Shown here in pieces: positions 24,401 to 37,600 of a stretch of DNA of 64,000 bases (its first letter is position 1; each line of letters begins with the position of its first letter). Location of the stretch: the NCBI GenBank assembly GCA_013239625.1, contig MU053379.1, positions 5,270,714-5,334,713 on the forward strand. Reading direction: 5' to 3'. This DNA comes from Lama guanicoe. Lineage: Eukaryota. The notes below the pieces were generated by a model. The model was not told the DNA's origin. It made no database searches and saw only the letters and a list, made by a program, of their open reading frames with translations. Both the position numbers and the translations under genes were made by a program.

Positions 24401-25449
24401 TGTTCCTAGCTGCCTCTCAGATAATCAAATTGAAAACCAAAGGAGAAGCACAGCTAGCCAAAGAACACCTCCTTAACAGACACAAGGACAGAAATCAGAT
24501 TCTGAGCAAAAATTAAAGTCCATTTGCACCATCAAGCCTCCCACACATGTATTCTGTCCTCATGCAATCAGCCAGATGGGCCCCTGGAGAAAATCCTCAC
24601 CAAGAGCGCAAATGGCCAGACTTTCTTCAGGACCTCATGCTGATTTTCAGAACTTGGCCCAGGTGATGGCTGGTATCCAGGCTTGAGACAACGTATGTGT
24701 GAGGCTTTCTCTGCTAAGAACAACCAGGCTGAAAGGGAACTGTGTGCTCTGAAGGCGAGAGAAGGCACGCAGAGCCTCAGGAAGGGCCTTTGAGAACATC
24801 CCAAAGGCACACACAGGGCTCCGTACGGACATAGGAATTTTTGATTAGCATCTTCACTGGAAATCTCCTCCTTGATATAAAGAAGCGATTTCAAGATCGT
24901 CAGGTTGGATGCACAGGTCGGCCTCTTGGCGCTCCCACTAAGGAGGATACGCAAATCTCTCAGGAATTCGAACAGCCACTCTGGCCTCACTAACCTCGTC
25001 TGCAGGAAAACAGCGTGGCTCTAGGAGTGCTCAACGCCCTCCCACCCTCCTTACAGATGTCTCCCGTGCGTCTCCGGTCAGGGCACTGGAGAAAGAACTG
25101 TCCTACACTCAAGGAAGAAGAAACAGCGTAAACAGTGACAGCCCTACACCTCTGACAGTAGGAAATATGACCCAGAATCTCTTCTTTAAAAAGTACAAAT
25201 CTGTAGCTCTCACTAAGCAAGTAGTATTTCTTATTCCATGTGCCAGAGGCACAATCCAGAGCCTACTATTTCATATAAACAGATGATTTCGTATTACTCA
25301 GTGCCACTCACTCATGGCTGAGGTTTAGAGAGAAAGCTGTTACACGGATTTGCGTTTGTCTGTATGACTATGTACGCCATCTATTTCAGGGGGAAGTGGG
25401 GAATCCGCAATGAAGAACCTGGAAGGGTAGGGGAATATTACTTTTCCTC

Positions 25450-27220
25450 CCCAACACATGCAATGGCATCCTATTCAGAAATAGAAAGGAATAAAGCAAG
25501 ACTCAATGCGACAGTTGTGAGTGAGCATTCCACGTGTGCTGCTGCGTGACAGGGTTCAGTCTGCAGGGGCTGCACTCTGCATGACTCAATTTGTGAGACA
25601 TTCCGGGACAGGTGAAATAGAGATGGTGCATAGCTCACGGGGTGGGGGTTGGAAATGTTCTGTATGATGCTTTGGTCATGGACATCTGCCACTAAGCATT
25701 AGTCTAAATGCATTTTCCCCCAACAAGTAAATCATATAGTCAGCTCTAGTTCTTCATGACATTGGAGTGTCACAGGATGGACTAGAGAATGTGACAATCT
25801 AATTCATTCAGGAAGTACAAAAAGAAGAAATGTATGAAAAAACTCACTCTTGGTGGCGGGGCAGAAGGCACCTGACCTAATCAGCTACGGGAAAGGACGG
25901 AATCTGCAGAACAAACGCAAACGCACCGCGCGTAACTGCTGGGCTCGCAAGTTCTGCCCACGGTGGGGGTAGCTGACAACGCTGAAGCTGCTACATCTGG
26001 AATCAGGAATGGAGCAAGCCAAGAATTCAGTAAATGCTAGGTGGTGGATGCCAGGTTTCCTACCGTTGGATGGGAGAGGTACAGACAAGCGATGGGAGAA
26101 GGGTGTGCTACTCATGTAATAACGGATAAATTATACTTCCTAAATTTTAAAAACCTTTGTGTGTCAAAATGTGTTATCCAGAAAGGGAAAACAGCTCAGG
26201 ATGGCAGAGACTATTTGCACATGATACACCTGCCAGGAGTGTTTTATATAAACAGATACATCAAGGACGTTCACAAACCATCAACGAGAAGACAGCCCAG
26301 CCTTTGAAGTGGGAAGGGACTAGGACAGGCCCTTGTGCAGGCGAGAAACATGCATGGTCAACAAGCACTTAGCAGGATGTGTGCCAAGAAAAAGAAAAGA
26401 AAACCCACAAGAAGGAATTCTGTCAAAGAAGGCAGGAGCCACTGGAGAGAACTCCCAACAGCCAGGGCAGGAGCGAGTTCAGCGCCCAGATACTGCGGCG
26501 CCGGGCTGTGACCAGAGGCTCAAAGCAGCCACCTCAGCGGGGGGTCTGCACTGCAAAATAAGTAAGTACATACTTTTTTGGCTTTTCTTTCTTTCTTCCT
26601 CCTCCTCCTCCTTCTTCTTCATGCTGAATAGAAATCTTCTCTGTAGAAGAATTCCAAATAGTTGATGTAGACACTCGGCCGTTCGTTAAGGAGGTGGTGC
26701 TAACTCCCCTCTCCTGAAGTGTGGGTGCCACGTAGTGATCTCACAGAGTACAGACTTGAAGGAAAAAGTAACTTCACAGTGGAAAGACTCTGACAATCAC
26801 TACGTCAGCCAGGAGGGCAAAGTTAAGCGAGCAGTGGTACGTTGCCTTGATTTGTGTCCCTGTGATATAAAGCAATGAGAAGCACTTGATCTCTGTGACC
26901 TGTTTCCTTAAAACCCATAACCCCATTCCAATCACAAGAAAAGCACCAAGTAATCCTCAATGCAGGCACAGTCTGCAAAACACCTGACTGTTCCTCCTCC
27001 ACATCGTCTAGGTCGCGGAGAGAAGGACGATGGGAGAACGTGTCAAAGCCCCAAAGACCCTAAAGTGACATGATGATCACTGCCCTGGGGCCTCCTGGAT
27101 GGGATCCTAGGACAGAAGGAGGTAAACGAAGGGAGCCCGAGTAAAATATGGATTTCAGTGAATAGTCAGGTACCACATTGGTTCATTAATTGTGACAATT
27201 CTGTAGAAAGCTAGAATGAG
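25450..27220 (+). mobile_element. Patchwork of ancient L1 (L1MC/MD/ME-like) 3' fragments
   Basis: Decayed L1M 3'-UTR and ORF2-end phrases; boundaries approximate. Confidence 0.55.
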
Positions 27221-29477
27221 AAGTGACAGTGGAAGTCAAATAAGAACATGCTATTGCATCAAACTAAATACAGAATAAAAAGGTGATTTCCTAATAACAC
27301 AAGCAAAGTGAACTCTGTAACATGTGGAAAATACAAGCAGGCCAACTGAACGTCCTGTGACCCTTCCTTCCTGCTAGTTCTCCCCTTGTTTCCCTGGGCT
27401 TCCCTCTCCTGAAACACAGAAGAAGCAGGGAAGGACTTGTCTGGCAGCCCCTTTAGATCTGACCCCACCTAGTGTCTCCATCGTCCCCAGTCGCGCCCTA
27501 CCTGCCGGAGGGAGTCTCAGGAGTGACTGAGGAGATGTGTCAGGACTTTTCTGATGACAAGGGACTAGACACACTTACTCAAGTCAAGTAAATTCGTATT
27601 ATTGTAAGTGGTAGAAATAAATTAATACTTACAAGAGACAAGCTTAAGAGGGGTTGGAGGTTTCAGGTCCAGGGGATCACAGTCTCACACTGTGACCTGG
27701 TCCCTCTCCAACAGTCAGTGCTGCTAAGTGCCTTTGGCTGACCACATTTACAGGCACAGCCTCTCACACCTCCCAGGGCATCCAGCAACTCTGGGATGAC
27801 ACCCACACGATGCCCGCTCCACTGGGAATGGCATCGCCTTCCCTAGGGTTCCATGAAAACTCACGGCTTTGAATGCTTCTTTCCTGGCTTGGGTAACACC
27901 CTCACGCTTGAAAGGAACACAGCAAGCAGAAGATGAAGAACGGGGCTGCCTAGACGTGGATCATATCAGGCCCATCCCCGAGGTGGGTGGAACGTGGGGT
28001 CAGCCTTCGGGAACTGGACTGGAAGCAGGTGCGACGTTCCCTAGTGAAAGCTGAGGTGCCGCACTTGGGCAGGAGGATGGACACCGGCTCGGTGAGAGCA
28101 GCAGAGCACAGCACCGACAGCCCGCTGCACACGCAGACCCTGGCACTAGGTAGGAAGGGGTTCACTCAGGGTCAGGGCTGCAGCCGCCCAGCCAATGCTC
28201 TTGTCTCCCCATGACAGCAAGAAGTTCCTCCATTTGCTAAAGAGCCAGGTTAATGATGGTGGCAAACTCAAGGCTCCTGCCTCGGACAGTGGGTCCTTGC
28301 ATCTCAAAGACTGGCCCGGAGTAGCCCACGGGCCCTTGGAAAGCACATATCCCTCATTCTTGTTCCTGGAAGGTGATAGCCCAGGATTCATGCCTGCACC
28401 TGGCCACATTAATCACCCAGTCCCAAAGAACAAAATTGCTCATGTTCCCACCCTTTCTCCTTTACAAAATGCAGGGTGGTAAGGAAATTCTTGCTGAATG
28501 AAGTACTGGGAGGATCAAGGATTATTCAGGACCATGGAGTTCATCAGCAGCAGGCTTCCCAAAGGCCACATGGGTGCACGTGTCTCTCCAAGAGCATGCA
28601 GCCCCTGTGAAACCTCCCCTGTGAGGCCTGTAGCTCACATACCTTTGGTTCATAATGAGTATGAAGTTTGTAACAACTGGAAGGCCCCAAATGTGCAGGG
28701 TTATGGTCTGCTGTATGGTTGTTATGGCCAAGGTCACCCTCAACATTTGGAGGGTTAGTACCCTTCTTGGCAGACTAAGAGGCTGTTGGGGAGGAGACCC
28801 CTTTCCCAACCACATGGATGTTGGTCATGTAAACATGCCAAGGGACTGTCTGTACTGCTCAGGTCACTGTTCAATTGCTCAGCAGCATGGTCAGCTCAGT
28901 AATTGGCCATGGGGCTTTGACAGGGCCCATGCTGGCCTGAGCTGGGGAACCACAGATGACTGTCTGGATGGTCAGAGGTCAAGGGCTGTCCTGCATGAGA
29001 CTTGACTTTCTGATGCCCACTTAGACGGGACAAACGACTCGTCAGTCCCAAAAGGGTCCGATGAGTCCCCAAGAAGTCAGCCCCTCCCTGCGGGCCAGGT
29101 GGCCCCTGCACACAGCCCTGTGTGCATCCGCACGTGTCTTCTGAGTGCCCTGTGCCAGAGCTGTGCTGGAAACTGGGCCTCTCCGAGCAGAATGGGGCCA
29201 GCACCACACTTTCCAGGTGGGAGGGAGCATAGGGAAAACCCTGCATGACTTCTGGTGCCCTTCACAACCCTTGACTGAGGCTGAGTTGGATTTGAAACAG
29301 TCAGAAGGACAGACATTCCACCTTTCTCTCAGAGACCAGGACTTCGAGGACTGGGGGAGAAAAACGATGACACAGCTCACCTGCCTGACTCGTGTGTGAC
29401 CCTGGGAGAGTCCTGTCCATCCTGGAGGCCTCAGAGAGGTGGACAGGGAGCCAGGGAATGAGGGTGGGTTATGCTTA

Positions 29478-29690
29478 GACCTAACTCTAACTCTAACCCC
29501 AGCCCCACAACCTGTAACCCTAACCACCTAAACCTAACAACTGTACCCTCAACTCTGACACCTAAACCCTAATCCATGACCCTGACCCTTTAACCATCAC
29601 CCTCTACCCTGACCCACCAACCCTGACCATAACCCTAAACACTGACCCCTAAACCAGGCCACTGACTAGGATCTCAGACCTAAACCGTAG
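29478..29690 (+). repeat. Degenerate interstitial telomere-like (CCCTAA)n tract
   Basis: CTAACTCTAACTCTAACCCC...TAACCCTAACC...CCTAAACCCTAA...CCCTGACCC...TAACCCTAAAC; hexamer variants CCCTAA/CCCTGA/CTCTAA. Confidence 0.75.
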
Positions 29691-29719
29691 CAAACTGGTT
29701 ACTGAGGGATGACTCCACA

Positions 29720-32700
29720 GCCTCTAAAATAAGCTAAGGAAATGAATCTTCATGTCCTTGCATTTAGATGTGGTTTCTTCAGTCTGACATCAAAGCACAA
29801 GCCAAGAAAGAAGAAAACAGATACACTGGATTTTCTCAAAGTTAAAAACGTTATTGCGTCAAAAATGCTATCCAGAAGGTGGAAAGACGGCCTGCAGACT
29901 GGAAGAAAACATTTGACGTTATGTATCTAATGAGTCCGTCATCCAGAATGTATCAAGAAACTCATCAACAAAAACACAGAAAACGTAATTTTTAAGATGC
30001 ACAAAGGACTTGAGCAGACTCTTCTCAAGACAGGACACACAAATGGTCAACAAGGACATGTAAAGATGTCAAACATCAGTAGTCATGGAGATGCAAATTA
30101 GCACCATAATGCAGTACCCCTTCAAACACACTACAATTGTTATAGTGAAGAATAATTTAAAAAGAATGAATGTTTGCAATAATATAGAGCAAATGGAATT
30201 TTTAAACACTGCTTGTGGAAATGTAAAATTGTGCGGCTTATGGGTACAACACTTTTTTGACATTCCCTCAAAAAGCTAAATGTGCAAGTACAACGTGGTT
30301 CAGTAACTCCACGTCTAGTGGTACACAACACAGAACTGGAAACAGATGTTCAAGCAAAAACTTGTACATATGTATTCACAGCAGCACTGCTCACAACAGC
30401 CCACAGGTGGAAACAATTAAAATGTCCGTTGGTGGGTAAATAAATAAGCACAATGCAGGGCCCCCACAGACTGCCACATGATTCTGCAATAGGAGCAAAT
30501 AAAGTAAAATACTGTAGACACCGGGGTCAGCAATATGGCAGCGCCTCAAAAAGTTTCCCCCAGAGCTCACATGGGAGCTGTCAGTCCCACTCAGGGTGCT
30601 CACTCAAAATACTGGAAAGGAGGGGCTGGAGCCGATGCTTGTCCCCAAATCAGTCACAATGACAGAGGTGGAAGCAGCCCAAGTGTCCACTGATGAAAAA
30701 GTGAACAAACTGGATGGGCTATACACACAAAGGAACATCATTCAGCCCTGAAAACTAAGGGGGTGCTGACACGTGCTACAATGTGCATGAACCTTGAAGT
30801 TACTACGCTAAGTGATCTCAGTCAGACACAGAGGGACAAGTTCTATGATTCTACTTATGTAAGGATCCAGATGCGTCAGATTCAGAGACAGAAAGAATGT
30901 GGTTGTGAGGCACTAAGAAGAGTCAGTGCTAAACGGATGCATTTCCACTTGGGGAAAATGAAAAACACTTGGGAGGTGGGCAGTGAGGATACTTTTTATA
31001 ACTCTGTAGATGTAGTTAATGTCACAGAACTGGATATATAAAACCTTTGAAGTGGTAAGTGTTACGTGTTATAATCACAATGGGAAAAGTGAAATCGTGG
31101 TGTCTGTTACAACCCGGATGAACACTGACAACATCCTAAGGGAAGGAAGCTATACAGGAATGGTCACCAAGATCATATGCTCCTCTTGTGCTTTAAATCC
31201 ATCTCAAGAGTTTGAATATGAGGAAAAGTCTCAGTCTGGGTTCTAAGAAAAAAACAACAACACTGGATCAGAACAGAAACAGACATTTCCGTACAGCTGG
31301 GGGAGCTGGTGACGGTAGAAGTAGACCTGGGGGTTGGATTATTACAAGAAACTCAAAGAATCTTCACATGGGGTTACGTGCTGGTTCCCTGGGAGAGTGT
31401 CCCTCTTTGGGGTAAAACACACTGGAGTATTTTGTATGAAGTGGCAAACGTGAATACTGTGTACTGCTACTGGAAATTGTCTATACATTTGAAATTACTG
31501 GAAAATAAATTCATTTTCAAAACAGTCGTGACAGTAAAAGGACAGAAACGTAGGAAAGACCTCACACTCAGAGGTGGAGGCCCTGCCCCCCCCAGACTGC
31601 TCATCGCCCTCGGAGGGCCTGCAGGGTTTCCAGGGGCCCTGTGGGGAGACGGCATCAGCAGCCAGTGTCTCGGGTGCTATTTGGGACCTGGATGTGGGAG
31701 AAACAGTGGTATTTCCAATTCCAGTTTTCCACATCAAACCACCAAAAAACTGTTAGGAGTAGTAAATGAATTCAGTCAAGCTGCAGGATACAAAATCAAT
31801 ACGCAAAGATCACTTCTGTTCCTATACACTAATAACGAACCACCAGAGTGAGAAACTAAGAAAACAGTCCCACATACAGAAATGTCAAAAGAACAAAATA
31901 TCTAAAAATAAATTTAAACAAAGACATGAAGGAACTGCACACTGAAACTTTTAAACATTGAAGACACACAAAAAATGGCAAGCTATCCTGTCCTCATGGA
32001 TGTGAAGAACTACTAGTGCTGAAATGCCCATTCCACCCAAAACCTAGACACATTCAGTGCAATTCCTACCAAAATTCCAATGGCATTTTCCACAGAGACC
32101 AAACAAACCACCCTAACATTTGTAAGGAACCACAAAGGACCCCAGACAACCAGGGGAGCCAGAGAAAGGAGAACAGCAGCTGCAGGAAACTCACTCCTGA
32201 CTTCAAACCGTATCATGAAGCTACAGTCACCAAATAGTGTGGAAACGGCACAAAAAGAGGCCCACAGGCCTGAGGAACAGGCGAGAGAGCCCAGGAGCAC
32301 ACCCACCAACAAGCGGTCAGTTAACTGATGACAAAGCTGCCAAGGACCCACACCAGGGAAAGGACAGTTCCCTCGATCAACTGCCTGGAAAACTGCACAT
32401 CACAAGCCAAAGGACACTAGACGTTGTTTGCCCCATCCCCAAAACTAACTAAAACCCAGATTTTCCACATCAAGCCCTTCCTCTGTTGGGCCCTCTGAAG
32501 ATGGACACTCCACATCCAGACATGCAAAGGAAGCTCCTCTTCAGCTTTTCCTCACCTTCCTCACACCCCGGCAGCACCTCCCAGCCCAACCTGAGGACAC
32601 GGAGCTCCTCTCAGTGTGGACACAAGCTCCACGTTGTCCCGGAGCCAAATTCTGGGCGGGTCTGGAGGAGATGGGGCTCCAGGCAGCTGAGCAGGGAGCC

Positions 32701-34640
32701 CAGTCTGTGGGCAGAACCAGCAGGCGCTGCACTGGGCAGAGAGGTGGGCCCATCCCCCTCTGTTGGCAAACAGGGAAATGGAGCCACACCCACCCACAGT
32801 CCAGCGGAGGCCACGGCGCCTGCTGGCAGCCCTGCTGAACCCACTCAACTGTGAAAATTCAAACTGATGGAAGCAAGTGTCCTACGATTTCTCAAAAAAT
32901 AGCGATTGAACAGTTAGAAATCATATGCAGTGAAATGGAGATGGACACAAACTTTACAAGTTACACCAAAAGGCACTTGAAAGTATCCTTGGATAAATTC
33001 TAAAACAAAACTGTAAAAATTATAGAAGAAAACAGAAGAAAATCTACATGACCATGGGTTTAGTCATGTAGATGATGACCTTTGACTTTCAGCAACACAA
33101 AAAGCCAACGCACAAAAGAAAAAAAAAAAACTAACATGTACTTCATCAAATTAAAAATTTCTATTTATTGAAAAACCTTATTCAGAAAACCAAAAGACAA
33201 GCAACAAATCAGAGGAAAACTATTTGCAAAACACGTATCTGATAAAAGATCTGTCCTCAAGTTATACATGGAGCTATAAAACAAACCACTCCATTCGAAA
33301 TGGGTAAAGATCTGGACAGACACCTGGCAAAGAATGTATACAAATAATAAACAAGTGGACAAAAATATCATCAACATCATACACTATTAGGGAGTTACAA
33401 ATTAAAGGGACAAGACAGCACGACACACTGATTAGAACTGCTAACCTCCCCGCAAGGGGACCACACCCATTACTGGAGGATGGGGAACAACAGCAACTTG
33501 CCCTCATTGCTGGTGGAACACACAGACAGCCTCCTGAAGTACAGTTGGGAAGTATTTTCCAACGCTAAACAAGTCTCACACCTTGAGATGCATCAATCAT
33601 GCCTCCAGATTTTACACCACGGTTTTGAAAAACTATATCCAAAGAAAAACAAGGATGCTATTGTGCTCAGAAGCCCCACTCCTAGTGCCTAGACCTTAAA
33701 GGATTCAGGATGTCTTCAGTAGGTGACTGTGTAAGCAAATTGGGGGACATCCATGTGAAGGGGAGCACAATAGAACACCCCACAATATGGAATTTAAAAA
33801 ACTCCAAAGACCTAAAACTATTTGAAAAATGAAAAACAAGTTTGGTGGCTCACACTTCCCAACTGCAATAGTACACAAGAGTAAATAAAACACTGGGACA
33901 CTGGAATCAAGATATACACAAAGATAAATGGCATTGAATGGTGATCCTAAAAATACGACCACCCATCAATGAGAACTGATTTTAGACAACAATCAACAGC
34001 ATTAAGTTGGGAGGAAATGGTGTTTTCAACAAAGGGTGGTAGGCAATAAGCTATCCACATGCAGAGGTGTGAAACTGGACCCTAAAGACTTGAGCATCTG
34101 CAGATTTTGGCATCCATGGGATGTTATGAAACCAGTCCCCTAGGGATGCTGAGGGATGACAGTGCAAACTCTCCAATAAAACATGGGAGAAATCTTCATA
34201 ACCTTGAAAATAGCAATGATTTCTTAGGTCTGATAGCAAAGCACAAGCAACAAAAGGAGAAAAATGAATTTAAAATTAAAAACCTTTGTGCATCAAAAGA
34301 TGCAATTCGGAAAGTGAAAAGACAGCCCACACAATGGGAGAAAATATTTCTACATTATATATCTGATGAGTGTTTATCCAGTATGTATCGAGAATTTTAT
34401 AACTCTTCAACAAAGGAAAACAATCCAATTTTAAATATGGCCCAAGAACTTAAATAGACCCTTCTCCACACAAGACACACAAATGGTCCATGAGCAGATG
34501 AAAAGATATGGTGGAAATGCAAATTAAAACCACAATGCAACAACTACTTCACAAACTCTAAAATGGTTATAATCAAGAAAATTAAAGATAACAAATATTA
34601 GCAACAATGCAGAGCAATTGGAAACTTTAAACATTACTTG
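29720..34640 (+). mobile_element. Cluster of decayed L1 ORF2/3' fragments from several elements, with a MER2/Tigger-like DNA transposon piece at ~34085-34165
   Basis: ORF2 peptides KKLLGVVNEFSQAAGYKINTQRS and KIKNLCASKDAIRKVKRQPTQWEKIF; non-L1 GC-rich inserts at ~31560-31710 and 32480-32850. Confidence 0.75.
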
Positions 34641-34644
34641 TGTT

Positions 34645-37600
34645 GGGGAGGAGCCAAGATAGTGGAGTAGAGTGATCCACAGCTCGCTCTCTTCCACAAA
34701 TACACGAGGAATTACATCTACAAACCTGCTGAATTGCACAGAACACGTACTGAATTCTGGCAAAGTGCCTCTCATTTTGAAACACAGGAGGAGTCTCACA
34801 AAAATCTGGTAAGGAAAAATAAAAAAAGAAAAAAAATTTGGTGCAAGACTGGTCCTGCATCGAGGGGGTGGCATAAAAAGAAAGGCACCCTCACGCTGGG
34901 ACACCCCCTCTCCAGCTGGGAGGTCAGTGGGGACAGAAGCGGAGCTTCCAAGGTTCAGAGGAGAAAGCGGCAACTGTGTGGCAGACAGAACTGAAGGAAA
35001 CTGACACAGAGGGTCCCTGCGATCCCCGGCCCTAGACGCGAGCCGGCAGGGACAAGCTGGGACTGGCTGCTGGAGATCGGCGAGGAGCCCAGCAGAGGGC
35101 TGGGTCCCACTGCACAGAGACAGCCTCAGGGGACTGGAGGGCAGTGTGAGCTCTGGCTGGGGGTGAGTGTGGAACAGAACAGCCTGGGAACCCCATAAGA
35201 AAGCACCACTGTTGGGGTGTGTGTGCGTGAGGGGCGCATGTAGCCACACCACAGCTGCTTTCTCTGCTTGGCTCCATTATTGGTGTGTTCTGGTGAGAAG
35301 AGGAATGGGGCTTGACCATAGCCATCACTGCTGTGGATGAAAGCTGAATCCACACCCAGCGGCCCTGCAGCTTCACAGATAAGACTGAGGTTTATTTACA
35401 GCCCCAAGCAGAGAGGAGGGATTTGCTCTCTCTGGACCCTTTGCAGACCTGTGCCTCTGGGACTAACAGGCAGTGAGCAGAGTTCTGACTATGGCGGGGG
35501 CGAGTATGGGTATTTACAACAGGCTGGTGTATGGTACCGTATGTGGAGGCTGGCTGGGGTCTGTGCCAACCCTGTGCTGGACCACAGATTCAGGTGTGTG
35601 ACTGTACTTTTGCTATGGTGGGTGCAAGTACCTGACATTGGCAGTTTCTGGGGTTCAAAACCTAGGGGACACCAGAGCAGGTGGCCAAGATTCCTGCAGC
35701 TAAGGTGAGGATAAAGGAAGCATCAACAAAGAGTACTTTGTAAGCCCGCATAACAAGTGACAGACATCACCACAGAGGGCACTTCCCAGGGGACTCCTAC
35801 CCACTCTTCTTCCCAACTGAAGTGCTCCAACCCTGCCTAATACGCACCATAGCTCAGAAACAGATTTAAATGAAATCCATAGAGCCAAAGAAATGTAAGT
35901 AAAATGAAGAAGCAGAGGAACCACTCTCAATTAAAAGAACAAGAGAAATCTCCTGAGAGAACAATCAATGGAATAAATCTCAATAGTCTATTAGATCATG
36001 ATTCAAAAAGGGAATGGTCAATGCAATCAAGGAACTAGAAGAGACTATCACTAGAGATGGAAAATACTTTAAAAAGGAAATTAAAACTAAAGAGAAGAGC
36101 CACTTAAAAACAGAAAACTCAATTGCTGAGCTAAGAGCCGAAATGCAGGCAATCCAAAGCAGACTAGATAACGCCGAGGAACAAATAAGTGTCCTAGAAG
36201 ACAGGATGACAGAAATCACCCAATCAGAACTGCAGACAGAAAAGCAAGTAAAAATCAATGAAAGCAATATAAGGAGCCTGTGCGATAATATAAAGCATGC
36301 CGAACTATGCATAATAGGGGTTCCAGAAGGAGAAGAGAGAGAAAAGGGGATTGAAAAGGTATTTGAAGAAATCATGACTGAAAACTTTCCAAACCTAAAG
36401 AAGGAAACAGATGTTCAGGAGGCACAGAGGGTCCCAAAAAGGAAGAACCCAAACAGATACACACCAAGACATATCATAATTGAGATGGCCAAAATTAAAG
36501 ATAAAGAAAGGATTCTGAAGGCAGCAAGAGAAAAACAAAAGAGTTATTTACAAAGGAACCCCATAAGGCTTTCAGTGATTTCTCTACACAAATACTACTG
36601 GCCAGAGGGAGTGGCAAGATACAATCAAAGTCCCGAATGAGAAAAAAACTGTAACCTAGGATACTCTATCAGGCAAGACTATCCTTTAAAACAGAAAGAG
36701 AGATCAAGAATTTCACAAACAAGCAAAAACTAAAAGAATTCAGCCATACTAAACCCATACTAAATGAAATATTGAAAGGGCTACTCTAAATTAAAACGAA
36801 ATGGGAAGCTATAGAAATTAGAAAACCATAATTGGAAATGTGAAAACTATAGTGAATTGCAAGGGAATAAACATGAAGATGTAAATAAATAAATAAAAAA
36901 ATAAAAATAAAGAATAACAAAATCGTAAAAGGTCAGAGAGGAGAGCAAGAAATATACATTTTTTCTCTCTCTTCTTTACTATTTTTTTCTTTGTTCTTTT
37001 TAGGATGTTTTTGAGCCTACATGACTATCAACAAAAGCAAGCAGATATAATAAGGGGCTAACATGCCTGAAAAACAAGGTAACCACAAATCAAAACATAC
37101 AATAGGGTCACAAAAACCAAAAGGAAACCAAGCTAATAGAAAATAAAATTATCAAGCCACAAAAAGAAAAACAAAAAGGAAAAGAAAGGAACAAAGGGGA
37201 AACGCCAAATCAACAGGAAAACGAAGTTCAAAATGGCAATAAACACACATCTATCAATAATTACTATAAATGCCAATGTACTAAATGCTCTAATCAAAAC
37301 ACACAGAATGGCAGAGTGGATAATAAAACTAAAACTTACAATATGTTGCTTACAAGAGACCCAATTTAGTGTGAAAGACACACATAGATTGAAAGTGAGA
37401 GAATGTAAAAAGATATTTCATGGAAATGACAAGAAAGCAGGAGTAGCAATACTCATATCAGACAAAATAGACTTTAAAACAAAGGCCATAAAGAGAGATA
37501 AAGAAGGACACTATATAATGATCAAAGGAGTGATGCAAAATGAAGATTTTTACACTCCTTAACATATATGCACCCAGTACAGGAACACATAAATATATAA

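Noticed and set aside
29478..29690. Telomere-telomere fusion site
   Set aside because: Only one repeat orientation; no TTAGGG-to-CCCTAA inversion point seen
13000..30000. ZNF337, expected from human synteny
   Set aside because: No KRAB exon or C2H2/HTGEKPY array found on either strand
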